A stretch of DNA of 24,000 bases from Stenotrophomonas maltophilia ATCC 19867 (GTDB lineage Bacteria > Pseudomonadota > Gammaproteobacteria > Xanthomonadales > Xanthomonadaceae). Positions 13,072 through 19,360 of this stretch are shown here, piece after piece (position 1 is the first letter of the stretch; the number at the start of each line of letters is the position of its first letter). Below the pieces are notes generated by a model. It ran no database searches. It was not told the DNA's origin and saw only the letters and a list, made by a program, of their open reading frames with translations. The position numbers and the translations under genes are program-made. The stretch spans positions 98,682-122,681 of the forward strand of contig NZ_KB907503.1 of NCBI RefSeq assembly GCF_000382065.1, in the 5' to 3' direction.

Positions 13072-14436
13072 GTGCCGAGGTCTGGCCTGAGCAAAGGCGA
13101 CGTTCGCGAGTCGCTTGAGCCAAAACTGCGTCTATTCCTGAGCGCAGACATTGTGGGCTCCACCGCGTTCAAGCAGCGCTCTGGCGAAGGCTCTGAACAA
13201 TGGTTCCGCTTGGTACGCACCTTCTACATGATGGCGGAGCGCTACTTCGCGTTCCGCTGGTCTTTGGCCAAGGATAGGTATCAGGACGCAGAACGCCCGC
13301 TGCTCTTTGGCGACGCCGCTCCCGAGCTGTGGAAGACCGTGGGTGATGAAGTCCTCTTTACCAAAGAGATTGCCCATCCCTCGGAAGCCATGATGTGCAT
13401 GAGCATCTGGCTGCAGGTCCTGGAAGATTTGCGTCAGTTGCTCGATAAGAGCGGTTTGGACGTCAAGTCCTCGGCCTGGCTCGCTGACTTCCCGATTCGC
13501 AATCGGGAGATTTTCCTGCACACCGGCGCGCCGACCAAGACCGATGATGGCGCGAAGAACGACCCTCCGCCTCAGACTGATGTCGCCGACCGCTCCAACG
13601 ACCCGACGGAGGATCTGGAGTGGGAAAATGACAGTCTGTTCGACAGCTACAAGGCACGCTTGCCTGGGGTAACACGCGACTTCATTGGCCAGTCGATCGA
13701 CACCGGCTTCCGCGTCAGCACCGCGGCGTCGTCGCGTAAGCTCATGTTGTCGGTGGAACTTGCGCACATGCTCAGCATGGAGTGCGAACGTTTGGATCTT
13801 GATCCCTACCGAATCGGTGCCTTCCCTGTCCGCAGCTTCACCTTTCACTACGACGGACGCAATGCTCTCAAAGGCGTGCTCAACGGCACGCCCTATCCGC
13901 TAATCTGGCTCGATGTTGAGCCGGCAAAACGAATCCACGTCACCGAGGATGTCCTCAGCGCCAGGCCCAAGCCAACGCCGCGACAGATCCACGAGTTCAC
14001 CACGGCGCTGATCACCGAGTTCCCCACCCGGTTCTGCTCGATGCTGGAGTTCCTGGATGGCCCATGCCCGCCGGCATACGAAGAGTTTGAAAAGAGCCTC
14101 ACTGATTCGATCAAGAAGCTCCACCAGCAGTTCACCGACCGGGAAGCGAACATTGAGCTGAAGAAGTTGGCCGTTGGCATGCCTGAGGACGGTCCACGCA
14201 ATGTTTCTGCCGATTTCAAATCCCTTCTGCAGCCCGCCGATGCCGGCAAGCCGCCCAGTTCCTCCCGCAAATCTCGCCCGCAGAAAGCAGCTAAGGCCTC
14301 GTCGAAGTCGGCTCGGAAGGTGGTAACCAACGCTCCGGGTAAGACCAGCGGGACGCCCCCTGTTGCGGCGGCCAAGAAGGCTTCTGCGAAGAAGACCCGT
14401 GCGAAGAAGGCGGCGAAGGCCCCCCCTCAAGACTAG
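13072..14436 (+). CDS. Divergent class III nucleotidyl (adenylyl/guanylyl/pyrimidine) cyclase-like protein with a C-terminal Lys/Ala-rich histone-H1-like tail
   Basis: LFLSADIVGSTAF (Asp codon 13147-13149), LWKTVGDEVLF (Asp codon 13345-13347) and DFIGQSIDTGFRVSTAA parallel the class III cyclase motifs F.D..GST, K..GD and G..vN.A.R. The last ~60 aa are KAAKASSKSARK...AAAKKASAKKTRAKKAAKAPP. GTG start lies directly after the ImmA stop (TAAGTG, 13069-13074). The first metal-binding Asp requires a start at or near this position. Confidence 0.6.
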   Translation: MPRSGLSKGDVRESLEPKLRLFLSADIVGSTAFKQRSGEGSEQWFRLVRTFYMMAERYFAFRWSLAKDRYQDAERPLLFGDAAPELWKTVGDEVLFTKEIAHPSEAMMCMSIWLQVLEDLRQLLDKSGLDVKSSAWLADFPIRNREIFLHTGAPTKTDDGAKNDPPPQTDVADRSNDPTEDLEWENDSLFDSYKARLPGVTRDFIGQSIDTGFRVSTAASSRKLMLSVELAHMLSMECERLDLDPYRIGAFPVRSFTFHYDGRNALKGVLNGTPYPLIWLDVEPAKRIHVTEDVLSARPKPTPRQIHEFTTALITEFPTRFCSMLEFLDGPCPPAYEEFEKSLTDSIKKLHQQFTDREANIELKKLAVGMPEDGPRNVSADFKSLLQPADAGKPPSSSRKSRPQKAAKASSKSARKVVTNAPGKTSGTPPVAAAKKASAKKTRAKKAAKAPPQD

Positions 14437-15319
14437 ACTCCATCAGCCCAGATGTAGGCGAGCTAGTCGTAGGTGACAATGACGAGCGGATTGCTTGTGG
14501 CGCGCCGCTCACACTGACGTTGATCGTGGAGCCGCCGGCAGGCGCTGTGGGCTTGGATTCGCCCACACTCACGATCAACAAGATGATGACCCCGATTGCG
14601 CCGAAACATTTCAGAAAGCCCATCGCGCTGCGATAGTTCCGCTCGCCTTTCTTGATTCGATTCCACTCCGGCTTGATCACCAAGTTGCCCAGTAGCGTTG
14701 CATCGTCAATAGACCGCTTGATGAGCGCGTACTGCTCCTTGGTACCGACTTTCTCGTACGGACCGAGCATTGCACCGATCAGCCTTTCCAGTTCAGACAC
14801 CAGCAACGCTGCGGCACCTGACGGGCTACCGTTCTGGCTGGTCTGATGGATGTCACTTGGCTGCTGCGCCGGACTGAACTGGCTGTTGCGAATCAGAAGC
14901 TTCCACCTCTCCTCCACCTTCTGCTCAACTGAGATGTCTTGGGTAATGTAGGGCAGCCCCCAAGCTGTCTCCCCAAAGTTCAGATGTAGCAGCACCGTAC
15001 GATGAGCTTTCCTCAACGTGTTCCAGTGACTGGTCAGCTGTTCCTCGAGCACTTCAGTGTCAGCCTTGCCCAACAGCGGAGCGCCCACGGACTTTCCCGA
15101 GCGTTCCGCATCCACCTGGGCGTGCTGAACCCGAATCCAGATGCGGCCAGAGATGACATAGGCTTCGCCCAGGAGTTCAGCCAGGGCGCTTCGGAAGGAG
15201 CCAATCCAGTCCTTCCGGAAATCAGACGTGCGCGATTCCTTGTCTGCGATCAGCTTGGCGATAGCCAAGATCGCTGCGATGATCGCACCGCTGAGTGCAA
15301 CTAGTTCTTTGCCTTCCAT
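14291..15319 (-). CDS. Hypothetical two-TM membrane protein with a helical central region and a Ser/Pro-rich tail
   Basis: 342 aa. Strong SD GGAGGAG lies 6 nt upstream of the ATG at 15319. Hydrophobic helices are at ~6-24 (LVALSGAIIAAILAIAKLI) and ~233-252 (MGFLKCFGAIGVIILLIVSV). Residues ~295-342 are encoded antisense to the cyclase tail. No family recognised. Confidence 0.6.
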   Translation of the reverse strand: MEGKELVALSGAIIAAILAIAKLIADKESRTSDFRKDWIGSFRSALAELLGEAYVISGRIWIRVQHAQVDAERSGKSVGAPLLGKADTEVLEEQLTSHWNTLRKAHRTVLLHLNFGETAWGLPYITQDISVEQKVEERWKLLIRNSQFSPAQQPSDIHQTSQNGSPSGAAALLVSELERLIGAMLGPYEKVGTKEQYALIKRSIDDATLLGNLVIKPEWNRIKKGERNYRSAMGFLKCFGAIGVIILLIVSVGESKPTAPAGGSTINVSVSGAPQAIRSSLSPTTSSPTSGLMESSLEGGPSPPSSHGSSSQKPSWPPQQGASRWSYPERWLPPSEPTSTRP

Positions 15320-15644
15320 GGGTACTCCTCCGCCGCAACATCTCTAGCCCCATCTGGATCGATGGGGCGCCATTTCGCCTACTTTCGCATTGCGAGTTAT
15401 CGGCTGTCCGTCGCCGAACTTTACAGCTCTCCTCATGGCTTGGGCAGAGGGAAGATTCTCCTATTCGCGCCGCAGGCTGCGTACTCGCCCCTGTCGATTC
15501 AGCGCTGCTGGACTCGTACAGTTCTACTTTGACCTGGCCTGCGCTATGACTTACCGTCCGCATGGACCCACAGGGTCTACAGACCATGCTGAACCAAGCA
15601 TGGCAACGCAACACTCGATAGACTCAGAAGGGAGTGGACACGGA

Positions 15645-16577
15645 ATGTTTAAGCGTTTTGATGAGAGCTATGCACAGCTAGTCAACTTCTTTCCGGATTT
15701 GACGTTTGTTTCTCCTGAAGAGGCGCGCTCGGATGAGGTGCTCTCTACATCCGTTGCCATCGTCGATCAGCTTTGCCGCAGCTTTTTTGCCTATCGCTCG
15801 TCACAGGTTCACGGCGTGTGGGGGATTGAAAACTCCTACGACGAGAACGCCTTTGTGAGTACCCTCAATGGCTGTTCAAGCATCGTCATCACTCGTGGCG
15901 CTTGCGTTCGGCTCGCGCGCGTAGGAAATTTTTTTGCGACTCACGATTGGATAAGCAACAGTGAACGGATGCGTCCGTTCCACGACGCTATTGACGTACC
16001 GCGGAACAGATTGGGCGAGGCCACGCAGATGCTTGGTTTGGCGGCCCTGTTCGGTCATGAAGTGGGCCACGCAATGGACCGGCACAACGTGCACAGCATT
16101 GCCGGCCAAAAGCAGGAGGCGCAGCTCGGCGAGGAGATATCGGCCGATGGTCGAGCAATCCTTCATGGGCTTGATATCGTGGATGCGTGGGCCCACAGCT
16201 TGGCCACGGGGCATGAATCGGAGCAGGACGCGATCAAGCAGGCAGGTGCTGTCCTTCTTGTGATCGCAAATGCCGCCATCGACAGTATCCACCTCGACCG
16301 CAGCTGGGATGTTCCGGCCAATCAGACGCACCCACCTGGCGCCCAGCGTCTTCTTGCCACATGCATAATGCTCGATCAGTACTTTGACGGCGTCGCTGAA
16401 GAGGGATTTGGGCTCAAAGTGTTCTTGACCGCCCTCTCAGGGCTCAAGGAAATGGGCATTTACCATGGCCCGGTCGAGGAGGAGGCGCTGAGGCAACTGT
16501 TGGCGATCTACGATTCAGCAGCGGTCGTCGCGCAGTACAACGCCCTGCAAGCGACACTGATCGAGCGAGGGCTCTGA
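15645..16577 (+). CDS. Hypothetical HExxH zincin-like metallopeptidase
   Basis: LAALFGHEVGHAMDRH (HEVGH codons 16056-16070) is followed 17 aa later by GEEISADGRAIL, a possible third-ligand Glu as in ImmA/SprT-like zincins. Start set at ATG 15645, with AAGGGAG 9 nt upstream. The alternative ATG is 15600 and the ORF is open from 15390. Confidence 0.55.
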   Translation: MFKRFDESYAQLVNFFPDLTFVSPEEARSDEVLSTSVAIVDQLCRSFFAYRSSQVHGVWGIENSYDENAFVSTLNGCSSIVITRGACVRLARVGNFFATHDWISNSERMRPFHDAIDVPRNRLGEATQMLGLAALFGHEVGHAMDRHNVHSIAGQKQEAQLGEEISADGRAILHGLDIVDAWAHSLATGHESEQDAIKQAGAVLLVIANAAIDSIHLDRSWDVPANQTHPPGAQRLLATCIMLDQYFDGVAEEGFGLKVFLTALSGLKEMGIYHGPVEEEALRQLLAIYDSAAVVAQYNALQATLIERGL

Positions 16578-16604
16578 GCCACGGCCAAGCGCCCGACTTG
16601 AAGG

Positions 16605-16630
16605 CACTGGCGGCCTTGAGGCCGCCAGTG
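16605..16630 (+). terminator. Strong GC-rich hairpin downstream of the zincin gene
   Basis: CACTGGCGGCC (16605-16615) / GGCCGCCAGTG (16620-16630), an 11-bp perfect stem with a 4-nt loop, 28 nt after the stop at 16577. No U-tract follows. Confidence 0.5.
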
Positions 16631-16721
16631 TGCAATCGGTAGAAGTTGGAATTGCCACTCCGTCCGAAGCTATAGGCCGCCTAGGGCGTCGGAAGATTGG
16701 TGGCTGCTGCTTCACCTCTAC

Positions 16722-17261
16722 TTGCATCACCACGTAACTGCAGACGAGCAGGAACGCGGGCAAGAGCCGGTTGACCGGGGGCCCGACTTGGAGCGCGTGG
16801 TGGGAACGTGGCTCTTCGCCCTCAAGGTAGGCTGCATGTCCTTGTTGGCTCTGACGGCGGCAGTAATGGTCCAACGTGCCGGTCGACCCGGCGACCGTTT
16901 GGGAGCCGAGCTGCTGATCCCGGTAACTGCGCTCCTGCTTGTCGGCGTGATACTGGACGACTCTGGATATCCACTGCTTGGAACCTCGCATTGGTCGGTA
17001 GCACGCTGCGTAGGCACCATCGTGCTGGCGTCACTGCCGCCATTGGCAATCACCCTGGTCATCCTGCGCCAGGCGATTCCAACACGCCCCGCCTTGGCAG
17101 GCGCACTATGCGGCCTTCTCGCCGGTGCGCTTGGCGCACTTGGCTATACAGTCGCCTGTGTGAACGATGGCGCCGGATTTGTCGCTGTGTGGTACAGCTT
17201 GGCCGTGCTGCTGATAGCTGCGCTCGGCTCGGCCTTGGGCCGGCGCTTCCTGCGCTGGTAA
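16722..17261 (+). CDS. nrsF: NrsF/DUF1109-family membrane protein (anti-sigma-F type), apparently 5'-truncated
   Basis: RPGDRLGAELLIPVTALLLVGV...HWSVARCVGTIVLASLPPLAITLVILRQAIPTRPALAGALCGLLAGALGALGYTVACVNDGAGFVAVWYSLAVLLIAALGSALGRRFLRW follows the DUF1109 C-terminal two-thirds as I recall the family. The ORF opens with TTG, the first ATG is at codon 39, and the usual N-terminal segment is absent. No ECF sigma gene is adjacent. Confidence 0.6.
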   Translation: MHHHVTADEQERGQEPVDRGPDLERVVGTWLFALKVGCMSLLALTAAVMVQRAGRPGDRLGAELLIPVTALLLVGVILDDSGYPLLGTSHWSVARCVGTIVLASLPPLAITLVILRQAIPTRPALAGALCGLLAGALGALGYTVACVNDGAGFVAVWYSLAVLLIAALGSALGRRFLRW

Positions 17262-17286
17262 ATGAGTGCCGCGACCGTTACGTCGC

Positions 17287-18249
17287 CTAGATGTCAATCT
17301 CGACGTACTCGTGACGAACATGGCTGAGGAGTTTCGGAAGTAGCAGACGCATCCGGTCCAACGCGACTTCGATCTTCTGCCAGACGATCTCCTGATCTGG
17401 GGAAAGAGACGCATCTCCAGGATTGGAGAAGAAATATCGGCTTCCGTCCGGCGCGGGGCGATAGACCTGCCAGTAGCGCACGGTCTCGGCAAATTCCTCT
17501 TCGAACTGAATGAGAAGCTCATGAGCCGCTGCGTCATGGAGATGAAACGAGCTTGCCGCAAGCACGCCGCTGAAACACTCATACATATCGACCGTGTTTG
17601 ATGTGAGCACGCGAGGCGCCCACTGCATATGAACATCCAGAACATTCAAATCAAGCGTAGATATCACCCTTCTCAGCGCGGCCAGGTCGCGAGAGCGCCT
17701 CAGCTGCTCCGGCGACTTCTCCGCACCGGGCTTATCTGGTGCCAAGCTGATCAACGTATCAACAGCAACGCTCAATAGCGACAGGAGGCTATCCTTCTGA
17801 TTCTTGGTAACAGGCTCGCTCGCCTTGTAGCCAGAGGCGCGTTGCCGATCAATATCAAACGGCATATCTGAAAGCGGACCGAACTCCTCATTTACAAGCA
17901 GGATGATGCGCCCCCAGCCCAGCATGGCGACCGCATAGCCAAGCTCGAAAATCACGTTGGGGTTGGGCACCCTCCTGTCAGATGGTGCGGCGCTCTTGTT
18001 GATCGTAGATACGTCGCAGATGAAGTAATCTGCCTTGCGTATCTTCTCCAGAATCGTCAGCGGAACGTTCTGGCTACCAGAGGTCTCGCGAGTTGCCTCA
18101 TCCAACGTAATGGACAGGCCAGAGTGCTTTTCTTCGGCAGCATTGATGGCCAAGCGCAGCTGCTTCTTGATCAGCTGGCGATTGGTCGCATTGGGCAGAT
18201 CGCTCTGCCAAGAGTAGAAGATGGTCCTGGTGGTGGTTTCGCTGGTCAT
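17287..18249 (-). CDS. Nucleoside 2-deoxyribosyltransferase-like / TIR-like (Rossmannoid) N-terminal-domain protein with an uncharacterised C-terminal domain
   Basis: From ATG 18249: MTSETTTRTIFYSWQSDLPNATNRQLIKKQL...KADYFICDVSTIN...VPNPNVIFELGYAVAMLGWGRIILLVN. The aD..i.d......pN.nV.fElGyA...g...i.l block resembles the catalytic-Glu region of the NDT/DrHyd and TIR-like assemblage. The ORF is open to 18339. Confidence 0.6.
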   Translation of the reverse strand: MTSETTTRTIFYSWQSDLPNATNRQLIKKQLRLAINAAEEKHSGLSITLDEATRETSGSQNVPLTILEKIRKADYFICDVSTINKSAAPSDRRVPNPNVIFELGYAVAMLGWGRIILLVNEEFGPLSDMPFDIDRQRASGYKASEPVTKNQKDSLLSLLSVAVDTLISLAPDKPGAEKSPEQLRRSRDLAALRRVISTLDLNVLDVHMQWAPRVLTSNTVDMYECFSGVLAASSFHLHDAAAHELLIQFEEEFAETVRYWQVYRPAPDGSRYFFSNPGDASLSPDQEIVWQKIEVALDRMRLLLPKLLSHVRHEYVEIDI

Positions 18250-18479
18250 GCTGATGGCAATCGGGCTAAGGGTTGCGAGCATGGAGAGGTTCGCCGCGGC
18301 GGTCAACACAGAGTAGGCGCACGCGGCTCCACACAACATCCATCTTCTGGACCGGTCTCCGCCGATACCCTAAAGGCCGACAGCCGGAGTAGCCGCTCGC
18401 ACCCCGGCTATCGGCAACGGCAAGGCGTAGCGCGCACTCATAGGCAGCGATGAGAGCTTCCGCCTCCCGGCACCGACAC

Positions 18480-18722
18480 TCAGGCCTCGTCGAAGCCCGC
18501 TTGTGTCAAGATGTAGGACTGCCCCTGCGAGTGTTCAATCCATTCCTTCTCAAGTGCGTACTGCAAGCCGTCGTTGAAGTCTGATGCCTTGATGTCGTAG
18601 TCATAAATAACCGAGTTGAAGTTGCTCAGACGCAGGACCTTCCCCGCTCGAGCCTCGAAGTGCTCGACAAACAGCTTCAGAATCTTCCGTGCACTCTGCT
18701 CAGGACTTGGAACCGTAGCCAT
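18480..18722 (-). CDS. Hypothetical small protein (80 aa)
   Basis: ATG at 18722 is preceded by AGGGGGAAA. MATVPSPEQSARKILKLFVEHFEARAGKVLRL...GLQYALEKEWIEHSQGQSYILTQAGFDEA, possibly winged-helix-like. The ORF is open to 18872, but that extension is Arg/Ser-rich and overlaps the upstream ORF. Confidence 0.5.
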   Translation of the reverse strand: MATVPSPEQSARKILKLFVEHFEARAGKVLRLSNFNSVIYDYDIKASDFNDGLQYALEKEWIEHSQGQSYILTQAGFDEA

Positions 18723-18840
18723 GGCATTTCCCCCTGTGGCGGTGTTGGATTTGCTGTGGACACCAACGACTAGCACTGGTGACTGAAATTTCCTGCGCAG
18801 ACTGGGCCACCTGCCCGCGCAGAGGAGTTGACGAACGGGC

Positions 18841-19086
18841 TTACTGGCCGAGTTTCGCTGCCGCGCGCTCACGAGCCTGCGATAGCTCTTCGCCCAGTGC
18901 CTGACTCTCTGCGTTACTGATGATACCCAGGCGTAGCATCATCAAGAGCTCGCCTTCCACGCGGGCCTTGTACTTGAGGAACTCCTCCTTGCTCCCCATC
19001 TGCTCGAGCACGCTCAGTTCAGAGCGGATGTAGGAGAGCGCGTCCGCCTTCTTGATCCCTACAACGTCATCGTTCTTGAATTCCAC
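18841..19086 (-). CDS. Hypothetical small helical protein (81 aa)
   Basis: GTG start at 19086 with AAGGGAA 6 nt upstream. The sequence is helical and charged (EEFLKYKARVEGELLMMLRLGIISNAESQALGEELSQARERAAAKLGQ). No family recognised. Confidence 0.5.
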   Translation of the reverse strand: MEFKNDDVVGIKKADALSYIRSELSVLEQMGSKEEFLKYKARVEGELLMMLRLGIISNAESQALGEELSQARERAAAKLGQ

Positions 19087-19360
19087 AACGTGTTCCCTTT
19101 TTCGGTGTGTATGGCCGAGCCAGATGGCTCGCTGAGAATGACGCGCGTCTTAGATTTTCGGCGTCCTCTGGATCATAAATTTGCGGACCACGTTCAACAA
19201 GACGCAACATAGCCTTGAAGATAGCGGGGCCGGCAACCAGCAGCGCAAATGGATACGGCGTCAGGTTCTGTGCGGTGGCCAGTACTGCTGGAGCCCCGGG
19301 GCGCATCCAAGCCCCCCCATGCCGGTGGAGCGCAAGGCGTGTGCTGGATTCTGGACAGAG

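Noticed and set aside
13132-14430. Antisense ORFs 13132..13848 (238 aa), 13893..14375 (160 aa) and 13900..14430 (176 aa) within the cyclase-like gene
   Set aside because: They are stop-free by-products of a GC-rich sense gene and its Lys/Ala-codon tail. The translations are Arg/Gly/Leu-rich and motif-less.
12544-15319. Classifying the cyclase-like gene as a canonical Pycsar system
   Set aside because: Pycsar cyclases are followed on the same strand by an effector with a cNMP-binding domain. Here the downstream gene is convergent. I saw no cNMP-binding signature (FGE...R.A) in it or in neighbouring proteins.
16515-17645. ORFs 16515..16991 (-), 16727..17062 (-), 16808..17290 (+) and 17106..17645 (-) overlapping the nrsF-like and NDT-like genes
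   Set aside because: They compete with ORFs that carry family-level similarity (DUF1109 and NDT-like). Their own translations are Arg/Ser/Cys-rich without structure.
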